Notes: a model not told the origin generated them from the letters alone. Counted from the stretch's first letter, positions 18,909-27,844 are shown. The stretch is 64,000 nt of DNA from an uncultured Anaerolineaceae bacterium (GCA_964475265.1 CAYYVY010000007.1:2985-66984); one strand, 5' to 3'. Program-made: numbers and translations.

Positions 18909-20279
18909 TCAATCGATGTCCCATGTCAGAACAGTCACATTCATGCCTGCTATGTCGATCACACTGGTAATGATCATATCATCCGCCTGGGCAACGATCT
19001 CGTATTGAGAGCCGCCGGCTTCGTAGCGGCCGAAATGCGGTTGATTATTGCCTCGCAGTGCGTAGAAAACGCTGCTGCCCGTATAAACCAACGCCGCGCC
19101 TTCGTCGAACGTCGCTGGAGCGGCGTGTTGAGTCGACCAGATACCGCTCGAGATATCGTAGCGCCAGAAGTCGGTGGCGTTGTTGCCGCGCAGTGCGAAG
19201 ATCGAACCGCTTTGATCGTAGGCCAGCGATCCGCCGTCGCGCACCCGATCCGGCGCATTGGTCTCGGCGTACCAGCGATCGGCGGAGATGCTGTAGCGCC
19301 AAAAATCCGTCGTGTTACGGCCTCTGAAAGCATATATATCATTCCCACCGGTATAGGCCAGCGCCCCACCCTCGCGCACGCGTGCTGGCGTGTTCCGCAG
19401 ACTCGTCCAACTATCGTTGGAAATTCTGTAGCGGTAGAAACTGCGCTGATTATTCCCCCGCAGCACGTAAATGTAGTCGCCGCCGGTGTAGGCCAACGCG
19501 CCACCCGCACCGATGCGTGCCGGCGTGCGCCGCACGCTCTGCCAGGTATCCGTTGAGATTCGATAGCGATAAAAATCACGCTGGTTGTTACCGCGCAAGG
19601 CAAAGATATAATCTCCACCCGTATAAACGAGCGACCCGCCAGCGCCTATCGTTCCCGGCGCATTGTCCAGGTACGTCCAGTTATCTCCCGAGATGCTGTA
19701 GCGCCAAAACTCAGGCGAATTGTTGCCCCGAAAAGCGTAAATATAATCCCCGTCGGCATAACACAGTGCACCGCCGCTGCGCACCGTCGCCGGGGTATTC
19801 ACCATGACCGTCCAGCCGCCGCTGGAGATCGCTTCGGCGCTGATGGCAGTCAGGCGCAGGTTGACCACAATCGCCGGAAGCGCCACCGGGCTTCCCGGGC
19901 TGGCATCGACCGACGCACGGTAGGTCGGATCATGCAGCAGCTTCCAGATCACGAATTCGGTCCCCGCCTCCGCAGCGTACTGATCGCGTTGGTTGTCTCC
20001 CAAATCGAGGCCGCCGATGAGGCTGGTACTCACGTGGGAGAGGAAGGGTCCCATGAGGATTGCGCCAATGGCGAGCACCCACAGCGCAGCCGGCAGCGTC
20101 TTTCCGGATTCCGCCCTGTGGAAGCGCCGAATTCCGTTGGTGATGTCGACGAACAGTGAGGCCGCATTTCTGCCCATCAAACCCGTGTTCCCAAAATCGT
20201 TCGTCATTCCTCTCAACCCGATTCTCACCCTTGTTTCGATCGTTCCAGAGCTTTTAACCAATCGACGCGGCGACATCAA
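18909..20279 (-). CDS. Membrane-anchored six-bladed Kelch-like beta-propeller protein encoded inside the pilus operon
   Basis: 456 aa. It has an N-terminal hydrophobic helix (LPAALWVLAIGAILMGPFL) and six tandem 45-aa repeats. Its ATG overlaps the stop of the upstream pseudopilin (ATGA). Confidence 0.7.
   Translation of the reverse strand: MMSPRRLVKSSGTIETRVRIGLRGMTNDFGNTGLMGRNAASLFVDITNGIRRFHRAESGKTLPAALWVLAIGAILMGPFLSHVSTSLIGGLDLGDNQRDQYAAEAGTEFVIWKLLHDPTYRASVDASPGSPVALPAIVVNLRLTAISAEAISSGGWTVMVNTPATVRSGGALCYADGDYIYAFRGNNSPEFWRYSISGDNWTYLDNAPGTIGAGGSLVYTGGDYIFALRGNNQRDFYRYRISTDTWQSVRRTPARIGAGGALAYTGGDYIYVLRGNNQRSFYRYRISNDSWTSLRNTPARVREGGALAYTGGNDIYAFRGRNTTDFWRYSISADRWYAETNAPDRVRDGGSLAYDQSGSIFALRGNNATDFWRYDISSGIWSTQHAAPATFDEGAALVYTGSSVFYALRGNNQPHFGRYEAGGSQYEIVAQADDMIITSVIDIAGMNVTVLTWDID
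19005..19814 (-). repeat. Six tandem ~135-nt coding repeats (propeller blades)
   Basis: Protein units run W..(N/R)xP..(I/V)xxGG(A/S)L(A/V)YTGGDYI(Y/F)ALRGNNxxxF(W/Y)RYxIS.D. The repeats also generate long spurious ORFs in other frames and on the other strand. Confidence 0.85.
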
Positions 20280-20818
20280 TGCACCCGCATGGCCAGATCC
20301 AGCGCTTTCGTCTCGGATACGGCGCCATTCTCGCTGGTTGCTGTTATCGACACGTGAATTAGATTCCCGCTTACGGAAAAGACGATATCACCTTGATTTT
20401 CGATACGCCTGGCGACGACGAGAGTCGACTGAACGACACTGCTTACCAGATGCTCTCGCACCAGCGTCTTGTTCGCAGGATCGTAGGAATAGCGATATTC
20501 CACGCTCGGATCGCCCGTGGTCAACGTACCATATACGAGCCCGGAGCCTCCTGTGACCGTTTGGGCTTCGCTGACATCGCGGCCAAGCCATACGGATGCA
20601 TTTTGCAGGCTTTGCAGCACCGCCAGGCGATCGTTTCCGTGCGAAGTCACAACGAAGAACTGAAACACCGCGGTGCCGATCAACCCGGCGACGGAAGCCG
20701 CGATGACCATGGAAATCATCAGTTCCGGAATCGTGGTGCCGCGATCGCTCTGAATCGACCGGAGTACCCACCCGAACCGATCTCGCCAGCGTTTCGCCAC
20801 GAGAGCAAACCCCTCCAT
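20276..20818 (-). CDS. Pseudopilin / minor pilin
   Basis: 'SDRG|TTIPELMISMVIAASVAGLIG' is a prepilin-like cleavage and methylation motif. The ATG at 20818 overlaps the upstream stop (ATGA). Confidence 0.7.
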   Translation of the reverse strand: MEGFALVAKRWRDRFGWVLRSIQSDRGTTIPELMISMVIAASVAGLIGTAVFQFFVVTSHGNDRLAVLQSLQNASVWLGRDVSEAQTVTGGSGLVYGTLTTGDPSVEYRYSYDPANKTLVREHLVSSVVQSTLVVARRIENQGDIVFSVSGNLIHVSITATSENGAVSETKALDLAMRVH

Positions 20819-21237
20819 CAGCGATCCACCTTGTAACAGGTTAGATCGAGAATCACACCTTCGCTTCCCGATACCGAGACGGTGATCTTCTGCATCCCGT
20901 CGTTCCACACCGAAGCAATGAACGCCTCACTCGAGGCTTCCCAATACTCGATGCTCACGTTCACCGTATACCCCGGATCCGCTGCGACGGCGGGATAGGG
21001 CACGGAAATCGGATCGGCGCTGTACGGCGCATCCTGGATCAATTCCAACTGGGAGCGGGCGAGCATCTCTGCACTCACCTGTCGGTGTTTGGCTTTCACA
21101 CCGGCCGTGCCGGTGTAGATTGAGGTAAGCAGCATGCCCACCGACAAAGCCAGGATCGCCAGTGCGATCAGCTCTTCCACCAGCGCCTGGCCGCGCTCGT
21201 CGCTGTGCAGCCTCACCCGAGAAGATCCACGCATCAT
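20818..21237 (-). CDS. Pseudopilin / minor pilin
   Basis: 'DERG|QALVEELIALAILALSVGML' is a prepilin-like motif. The start overlaps the pilC stop. Confidence 0.7.
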   Translation of the reverse strand: MMRGSSRVRLHSDERGQALVEELIALAILALSVGMLLTSIYTGTAGVKAKHRQVSAEMLARSQLELIQDAPYSADPISVPYPAVAADPGYTVNVSIEYWEASSEAFIASVWNDGMQKITVSVSGSEGVILDLTCYKVDR

Positions 21238-22442
21238 TTGATCGCCCCCAACAACTGATACATGGGCATGATCACCGAGACGGCCACAAAACCGACCACC
21301 AGACCGACGAAAACGGTCATCGCAGGTTCCAGCAGAGAAGTCATCATCTTGATCGATCGATCCGCTTCGTCTTCGTAGAAGTCGGCCAGGGTCTCCAGAT
21401 GGCTGTCCATCGTCCCCGTCTCTTCACCGATGCGCAGCATGAACGAAACCATCTGCGGGAAATAGGGAATGCGTGAAAACGGCTCCGAAACCGTTCGTCC
21501 CTGCAAAGTCTCCTGGCGCACGTTCTCAAGCGCAGCGGAGATCACGACATTGCCCACGGTCTGCTTGGTCAGCTCGATGACGTCAGGCAGCGGCAATCCG
21601 GCCTGCAGCAGCGTCGCCATTGTACGGCTGATCCGCGAGATCGTCCCCTGAACGAGGATATGACCCAGAATCGGAAGCTTGAGGTAAAGCGCATCCCGGC
21701 GTCGGCGTCCTTCTTCCGTGGAAACGTACCAGGTGAGAAAGATGGCGATCAACGAGACGCCGACGAACAAGTAGACGTTGTAAGCCGTGAAAGCGTTGAC
21801 CAGGGCCAACAGCAACTTCGTCGTCCAGGGCAAATCGGCACCGAATTCCTCGAATAAACCCATCAAGGGCGGCAAAGTGACGTTGATGATGATGATCGCC
21901 ACGACGACTGCCAGCATCAGGATGCCGATGGGATAGGCCATGGCGCCGCGGATTTTCGAGGCCGTGGCTTGAGCCTTTTCCATATAGGTGGCGAGTTGGC
22001 GCAGGATGACGCCGAAATTGCCCGTCCGCTGACCGACCTCCACCATGCGGCAGTATATATTGTCGAAGGCAAACGGGTGTTTTTCCATGGCGTCGGTAAG
22101 CGAACTGCCCATACGGACGTCTTCCTCGATCTCGTGAATCGATTCACTCAACGATTTGTTCGTAACGTGTTCGCCCAGCAACCGCAGGGCGGACATCAAC
22201 GCCACGCCAGCGTCAACCAGCGTCGCTAATTGGCGCGAGAACAATATCACGTCGCGTTTCTTGGGGCCGAAAAACGAGGGAAACCACCGGCTGAGGTCAA
22301 AGCGCTTGCGCACCTCTTGCAGGTCGACGATGGTTAGATTCCGATCGAAGAGTATGCGCTCCGCGGCGTCTTCCTTTTCGACGTCAAGGACCCCTTCGAG
22401 CTTCTCTCCCTGCGGAGAGTAGGCCAGATATTTGTACGCCAT
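21234..22442 (-). CDS. pilC: Type IV pilus platform protein PilC (GspF family)
   Basis: 402 aa with the duplicated T2SS-F architecture and three TM segments. Confidence 0.9.
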   Translation of the reverse strand: MAYKYLAYSPQGEKLEGVLDVEKEDAAERILFDRNLTIVDLQEVRKRFDLSRWFPSFFGPKKRDVILFSRQLATLVDAGVALMSALRLLGEHVTNKSLSESIHEIEEDVRMGSSLTDAMEKHPFAFDNIYCRMVEVGQRTGNFGVILRQLATYMEKAQATASKIRGAMAYPIGILMLAVVVAIIIINVTLPPLMGLFEEFGADLPWTTKLLLALVNAFTAYNVYLFVGVSLIAIFLTWYVSTEEGRRRRDALYLKLPILGHILVQGTISRISRTMATLLQAGLPLPDVIELTKQTVGNVVISAALENVRQETLQGRTVSEPFSRIPYFPQMVSFMLRIGEETGTMDSHLETLADFYEDEADRSIKMMTSLLEPAMTVFVGLVVGFVAVSVIMPMYQLLGAIK

Positions 22443-22486
22443 TACGTTATCCTTCAGCGAACAATCGCTTGTATTTCATCCCGGTA

Positions 22487-24199
22487 TCATCCCAACGTGT
22501 AAACGTGCTTCATGACCTCACTCGGGGTCGTCACACCTTGTTTGACCTTCAACATACCGTCGCGCCGCATGGGAATCATCCCCCGCCGCACCGCTTCCGC
22601 TTTCATTTCAGACGCACTCGCCGAACGCAGCAGGAGTTCGCGAACCGAATCCCCTACCGTTAGGACTTCGAAAACTCCGGTGCGTCCCAGATAACCTGTC
22701 TGGCCGCAGAAGTTGCAGCCCTCGCCGCTGTAGCAGCTCGTCAGCTCTTGTCCCATCTCCTCGCGGTACGCGGCCCGTTCCTGAAGCGTGGGTTCCTTTT
22801 CGACACGGCAGTGAGGGCAGATCTGCCGCACGAGACGCTGCGCCACAATCCCCACCACACTCGAGACCAGCAAGAAGCGCTCGACGCCAAGATCCGCCAA
22901 ACGTATCAACGCCCCCGGTGCATCGTTGGCGTGAATCGAGGAGAGCACCGTGTGGCCGGTCAACGCAGCCTGAACCGCCGTGTTCGCCGTCTCACTGTCT
23001 CGAATTTCTCCCACCATGATCACGTCGGGATCCAGGCGCATGATGCCGCGCAAACCGGAGGCGAATATGATTCCCGCAGCCCGATTGACCTGGATTTGGT
23101 TGATTCCCGGAAAGTTGTATTCCACGGGATCTTCGATCGTCAGAATGTGAAGTTCGTTGCGATCGAGTTGATTGAGGGCGGCGTAGAGCGTCGTCGTTTT
23201 ACCGCTCCCCGTCGGACCGCAGACCAGAACCATGCCGAAGGGCGCGCGAATCATGCTGTTGAAACTGGTGAGCGGTGCGGGGAGAAATCCGAGCCCCGGC
23301 AGATCCAGGATCGTATCCGAGCGCCCCAGCAGACGCAGGACGACCATCTCTCCCCAGGTCGTGTCGCTCGTAGCCACGCGGAAAAATATCTCCTCGCCGT
23401 CGAAAGTTCGCGAGAATTGACCATCCTGCGCACGCCTGCGTTCCGCAATGTTGATATCCGCCAGGACTTTGATGCGGGACAGAAGGGGCAGATGGCTGCC
23501 TATCGGGAGCGAAAGGATCTCGCGCATCGCACCGTCGATGCGGAAGCGGACTTTGACCCCATCTCGGTCCGGCGAAATATGGATGTCCGAGGCACGGTCT
23601 CGATAAGCTTGCTCGAGCATTAAATCGACCGAGCGAACGACCGGATCTTGATCGATCTCGTCCATGACCAGGGACATCTCCTCCGGCGAGGCATAATCGA
23701 TCGTTGGTGCAAACTCTGCGATTTCCTTCTCGATCTCGTCCCTGGCCCGATAGTTGAGATCGATCGCCGAATGGATATCCGCACGCACACCCACCAACGG
23801 CAGAATACGCCGCCCGGACCGGGCGGTGAGTTCTTCGATCGCTTCTATATCGGTGGGGTCTTCCATAACGACAGCGAGAGCGCCATCGACGATGTCCAGT
23901 GGAACGAGGTGGCGCTTTCGAGCAATGTCCTCCGGAATACTTTGCAGCGCTTCTGCTTGCACGAGATGGCGTTTCAAATCGATGAGGGGAAGACTTAAAT
24001 GCAGACTCAGCGCCATCGCCAGGCTTTCCTGATTCACCCAACCGTTATCGATCAAAATACTGCCCAGCCGTTTGCCGGAGGATTGCTCCATTTCCTGCGC
24101 ACGGCCTAATTGCTCGGCGGTGATCAGTTTCGAATCGAGTAATACCTGACCCAGAGATTGGCTCGGAAGCGGATTATTCGCTGACGATTGGTATGCCAT
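22487..24199 (-). CDS. pilB: Type IV pilus extension ATPase PilB (GspE family) with an MshEN-like N-terminal domain
   Basis: Walker A 'GPTGSGKTT', 'IMVGEIRD' and the tetracysteine motif 'CPHC...CNFC' are present. I chose the ATG at 24199, which follows a GGAG ribosome-binding site. Confidence 0.9.
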   Translation of the reverse strand: MAYQSSANNPLPSQSLGQVLLDSKLITAEQLGRAQEMEQSSGKRLGSILIDNGWVNQESLAMALSLHLSLPLIDLKRHLVQAEALQSIPEDIARKRHLVPLDIVDGALAVVMEDPTDIEAIEELTARSGRRILPLVGVRADIHSAIDLNYRARDEIEKEIAEFAPTIDYASPEEMSLVMDEIDQDPVVRSVDLMLEQAYRDRASDIHISPDRDGVKVRFRIDGAMREILSLPIGSHLPLLSRIKVLADINIAERRRAQDGQFSRTFDGEEIFFRVATSDTTWGEMVVLRLLGRSDTILDLPGLGFLPAPLTSFNSMIRAPFGMVLVCGPTGSGKTTTLYAALNQLDRNELHILTIEDPVEYNFPGINQIQVNRAAGIIFASGLRGIMRLDPDVIMVGEIRDSETANTAVQAALTGHTVLSSIHANDAPGALIRLADLGVERFLLVSSVVGIVAQRLVRQICPHCRVEKEPTLQERAAYREEMGQELTSCYSGEGCNFCGQTGYLGRTGVFEVLTVGDSVRELLLRSASASEMKAEAVRRGMIPMRRDGMLKVKQGVTTPSEVMKHVYTLG

Positions 24200-25394
24200 C
24201 TTTTTCTCCATCTTGGTCGCCCGTTTCGGCAAGCAACTGCTTCACGGCACTGACCAAATCGGCCATGCCGAACGGTTTCTCGAGGTAAAAATTGGCGCCC
24301 ACCCGCATCGCAGTGGCTTTGTCTTCCACACGGGACTTCGCCGAAATCATCAGCACGGGAATGTCAGCCGTTTCGGATTTCGCCTGCAAGCGATGACAGA
24401 CTTCATACCCATCCATACCCGGCAGCATGACGTCCAGGATGACGAGGTCGACCTGCTCGGCTTCGACGAATTCCAGAGCCTTGATGCCGTTACCCGCCTT
24501 GAGCGTTTCATAACCTTCGTGCTGCAAGGCATACTCGATCACATGCAAGAAGGCCGGCTCGTCGTCGACGATCAGTATCTTCGGATGAGTCGGGACCAAC
24601 CGCTTGACCTTCTTGACCTTCGCCTTGAGCGGCAGCTTGAAATTAAGTGAGCTCCCCTTCTGCTTGGCTTCCTCAAACCAGATGCGTCCGCCGTGGGCTT
24701 CGAAGATATGCCTGGCGATCGCCAGCCCCAATCCCAGTCCCGCGGTCGCACCGCTGCATGCGTCTGACGCATCGCTGGATTGAGAACCCAATTTCGCCAG
24801 GTCATCCTTCGTCATACCACCACCGTGATCGACTGTTCGAACGACAAGCTGATCGTCCTCCAGCTCGGCGTTTACCGTCACTCGAGCGTTGGGTGGGGCG
24901 AATTTAATCAGCGTATCTATAACATTCAACATCGCAGTGTTGATCAGGGCTTCATCGCCTTCCACCAACGGAAGTTCCGAAGTGCTGTCTTGAAGGAGAA
25001 TGCCCTTGGCATCTGCCTTGAACGTAAGTTGTTGAATACAGCGCTGGATGAGTGATTCGATGGAGAACTTCGCAAGTTTGAGCTCGAAATCACCTGTCTC
25101 GATCGAGCAGGCAACGATTAAATCCCGAAAGCGGTTGGCTAAGTACTGCGATTCACGATAAGAAATCCTCAGGAATTCCGTACGCTGTTTTGGGTCGGGG
25201 ACTTTGCCGTCCAGGATAAGTTCGATGTAACCACTGATCGATTGCAGTGGTTCAAACAAACCGTGATACACCGTTGCAAGGACGATCCCGCCCGCGCTGA
25301 TCTGTGCATTCGTCGATTGTGCGCCCGCCTTCGTTGTGGGTTCGGTGCTTCTCGTTTCAGTTGGAGTTTCTGCTTCTTTCGTCATGGAAACCAT
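24174..25394 (-). CDS. Soluble hybrid histidine kinase-response regulator (no sensor domain, no TM)
   Basis: The H-box-like sequence is 'VYHGLFEPLQSISGYIELI'. The HATPase region contains 'DHGGGM...GLGLGLAIARHI'. The C-terminal REC domain reads 'KILIVDDEP...DLVILDVMLPGMDGYEV...ISAK'. Confidence 0.8.
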   Translation of the reverse strand: MVSMTKEAETPTETRSTEPTTKAGAQSTNAQISAGGIVLATVYHGLFEPLQSISGYIELILDGKVPDPKQRTEFLRISYRESQYLANRFRDLIVACSIETGDFELKLAKFSIESLIQRCIQQLTFKADAKGILLQDSTSELPLVEGDEALINTAMLNVIDTLIKFAPPNARVTVNAELEDDQLVVRTVDHGGGMTKDDLAKLGSQSSDASDACSGATAGLGLGLAIARHIFEAHGGRIWFEEAKQKGSSLNFKLPLKAKVKKVKRLVPTHPKILIVDDEPAFLHVIEYALQHEGYETLKAGNGIKALEFVEAEQVDLVILDVMLPGMDGYEVCHRLQAKSETADIPVLMISAKSRVEDKATAMRVGANFYLEKPFGMADLVSAVKQLLAETGDQDGEKDGIPIVSE

Positions 25395-25478
25395 TCCTAC
25401 TCAAGGATGTAAGCCGTCAACCCGCGGCACATTGCGGTTTACGGCGATACACACAAACGGATATACAATGCACGATCA

Positions 25479-25688
25479 TCATCCACCCCCTGCACCCTTC
25501 ATCCAACGTTCCTTGTTGCTCTCGAGGTACTCATCCAACATTATCTTGCGGTAGCGACGATGCCCGCCGTGGGTTCGAAATGGCACGAGGTAACCATCCC
25601 TTTCCACGCGATTAAGAGTCGCAAGACTGACCCCCAGGTAGCTCGCAGCTTCCCTCGCAGTGTACAGCCGAGTATGAGAAGACTTCAT
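25479..25688 (-). CDS. Excisionase/MerR-superfamily helix-turn-helix DNA-binding protein
   Basis: 69 aa. 'LYTAREAASYLGVSLATLNRVERDGYLVPFRTHGGHRRY' is the HTH_17 pattern. Confidence 0.7.
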   Translation of the reverse strand: MKSSHTRLYTAREAASYLGVSLATLNRVERDGYLVPFRTHGGHRRYRKIMLDEYLESNKERWMKGAGGG

Positions 25689-25732
25689 TGTCTCGATCCT
25701 TTACTTATGCCTTTACGATCCTGCTAAAACGA

Positions 25733-25752
25733 GATTGCAATCACTTGCAATC
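25733..25752. promoter_or_regulatory. Palindromic candidate operator upstream of the HTH gene
   Basis: GATTGCAATC (25733..25742) is a perfect 10-bp palindrome. It is followed 2 nt later by a second TTGCAATC (25745..25752). Confidence 0.3.
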
Positions 25753-25870
25753 CGTCTCCTTGGTCTGATAGCGTTTGACACCATTCACTATATTTGGAAA
25801 TCGCTTGATCGTGTTTGATCCGTAAGGAATTTGTAAATAGACCAAATTTTCGGATTCGGGCATCGAAGGC

Positions 25871-25906
25871 AATAAAAAAACGACCCGGCTACACTGGTAG
25901 TCGGGC
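25871..25906 (-). terminator. Rho-independent terminator after the FHA-GGDEF gene
   Basis: On the minus strand, GCCCGACTAC-CAGT-GTAGCCGGGTC forms a 9-bp stem with one A.C mismatch. It is followed by TTTTTTTATT. Confidence 0.55.
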
Positions 25907-25979
25907 TTGTCAGAGTGAAACCCATACGATTGTGTTCAATAATCAGGTGCTGTCGTCCGATCCGAAAACCTGATCGATC

Positions 25980-26873
25980 TTAGCGCGAGACCGTATTGCG
26001 GCCGGCCTCCTTCGCCCGATAGAGTGCTTCATCAGCGAGTTTAACCAAGTCTTCCGGGGATTGTAGTCCGGCGAAGATCTCAGCCACGCCGATGCTGATG
26101 GTAGGTTGTATGCGGACATCGTTCCGCGTGAATTTATGCTCGGCGATTTTCATGCGTATCGATTCGCCGATCGTCTCTGCTTTTGAAAGCGGCGTGTTGC
26201 GCAGGAATGCGATGAACTCATCACCGCCGTAGCGAGTCGCCACGCCTTTGCGCCCGATCGTTTTACGGATGAGATTTCCCGATTCGGAAATGGAAAAGGA
26301 TCCCATCAAGTGACCGTGGGTATCGTTGATGCGCTTCAATCCATCCATGTCCATCATCAGAAGGGACAACTTCTTTCCATTGCGCTTAGTTCGGGAAAAT
26401 TCCAACTTGAATTCCCGATCGAAAATTCGCTTGACGGGAAGTCCCGTGAGATCGTCGATGTTCATGATCTCATTGAGCTTTGTGTGGAACTTGACCTCGA
26501 AATCGTCCTCGTAGGTAAATTTCAGCACCGTAGCGCCAATGAAAATCTTGTCCCCGTTGTTCAGCTCGGAAGTATCCGTTTTTTCAAAATTGACCAGGAT
26601 GCCGTTTCTGCTTTGTAGATCGGTTATCGTGTATTGTTGATTGCGAGGGTTGAAATCGATGCGGGAATGAATGCCGGAGACAGTACGGTCGGAGATGACG
26701 ATGTTCGCTTTAGCGGGATTGCGCCCGATAACCGTCGGCTTACCATTCAAGGGGAAGCGTTTCCCAAGCTCAGCCCCCGTGAGCACCAGGACCACAGCCT
26801 TTTGCTGTGATAGTTCTGCTCCCTTGGCATAGTCGAATTCAGTGTCAAACGTTTCGTCTTCGAAAACTGCCAC
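25980..26873 (-). CDS. FHA-domain diguanylate cyclase (FHA-GGDEF)
   Basis: The FHA region reads 'VIGRNP...SGIHSRI...LQSRNGILVN'. The GGDEF domain contains 'DMDGLKRINDTHGH' and the active-site 'RYGGDEF'. No RxxD I-site is visible. The start codon is GTG. Confidence 0.9.
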   Translation of the reverse strand: MAVFEDETFDTEFDYAKGAELSQQKAVVLVLTGAELGKRFPLNGKPTVIGRNPAKANIVISDRTVSGIHSRIDFNPRNQQYTITDLQSRNGILVNFEKTDTSELNNGDKIFIGATVLKFTYEDDFEVKFHTKLNEIMNIDDLTGLPVKRIFDREFKLEFSRTKRNGKKLSLLMMDMDGLKRINDTHGHLMGSFSISESGNLIRKTIGRKGVATRYGGDEFIAFLRNTPLSKAETIGESIRMKIAEHKFTRNDVRIQPTISIGVAEIFAGLQSPEDLVKLADEALYRAKEAGRNTVSR

Positions 26874-27109
26874 TTTGAATCGTCCTCCCGGCTGGTGGCG
26901 TTATTAATTTTACATCAAGCAGGACGAGTTTGAGATGGGTAATAGGTCTCACGCATCTCTCGCCGTCAAACCCCCGACGGATCTGCGCGACGTTCCAGAT
27001 ATCCCACCTCTGCAGGAGACGATCAATGAATTGATATGGAGGAGGTCGTCAGCGGAAGAATATAATCGACCAGCTGCATCGACGGACGAGTATGGGTGTT
27101 TTTAACGTG

Positions 27110-27718
27110 CTATTTGGATGGTCCCAATCCTTGCGACTGCTGCAGGTTGGAAAACTTCCAGCCGCAGGGTAAAGCGACCGCAGCACATACAGCCTTCAGC
27201 CCGTCACCGATGAGAAACGGAAACACACCGACTTCCAACACGGTATCCCAACCCACAAACTGTGCCAGCCACAGACATCCCGCGAAGTATATCGCCATCG
27301 TTCCGAAGGACATGGCAAGCAGCGTGGGGATGAAGCGTCGATCCCAGCCACGCTCGCTCAACTTGCCGACCAGAAACGCGGCGATCACAAATCCTACCAG
27401 GTAGCCGCCTGTAGGTCCCGCGAGGTGGGACAGGCCCCAACCGCCGTGCGAAAATACCGGTGCCCCGATCAAACCGGCCCCGATGTAGGTAATCATACTC
27501 AGTGCGCCCCGTTTGCTTCCCAGTAAGGCGCCGACGAGCAGTACCGCAAACGTCTGTCCGGTAATGGGCACCGGCGTGAGTGGAATCTCGACCCTCGTCA
27601 GCAGCGCCGTCACTAGAGCCCCGCCGACGATCCAGATCACATCCCGCATCAGGCCCGTTCCCGGCCAAAGGAGATCCACGAAGGTCAAACGCATGTCCGA
27701 GCTACGATTCATACCCAT
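27110..27718 (-). CDS. bioY: Biotin transporter BioY
   Basis: 'PITGQTFAVLLVGALLGSKRGALS...GPTGGYLVGF' is the BioY signature. Confidence 0.85.
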   Translation of the reverse strand: MGMNRSSDMRLTFVDLLWPGTGLMRDVIWIVGGALVTALLTRVEIPLTPVPITGQTFAVLLVGALLGSKRGALSMITYIGAGLIGAPVFSHGGWGLSHLAGPTGGYLVGFVIAAFLVGKLSERGWDRRFIPTLLAMSFGTMAIYFAGCLWLAQFVGWDTVLEVGVFPFLIGDGLKAVCAAVALPCGWKFSNLQQSQGLGPSK

Positions 27719-27844
27719 ACTCCCGATCGAAGGATTCCGGCATCACGCCAGCAGCGACTGTACGCCAACTCCTTGATTGTTAACACCGAATCGCCCGAAG
27801 TTACGCGGGACGATCCGTAGACCTTAAGCGGCCGATTCATTCGC

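Noticed and set aside
18834-19618. 240-aa (+) and 214-aa (-) ORFs overlapping the propeller gene
   Set aside because: They are produced by the 135-nt periodicity of the blade repeats keeping alternative frames open. Their translations are repetitive Arg/Ala/Cys-rich strings.
27778-27785. TGTTAACA palindrome upstream of bioY as a BirA operator
   Set aside because: It resembles a single BirA half-site. No second half-site is present at the expected spacing of about 14-16 bp. An isolated 8-bp palindrome is too weak as evidence.
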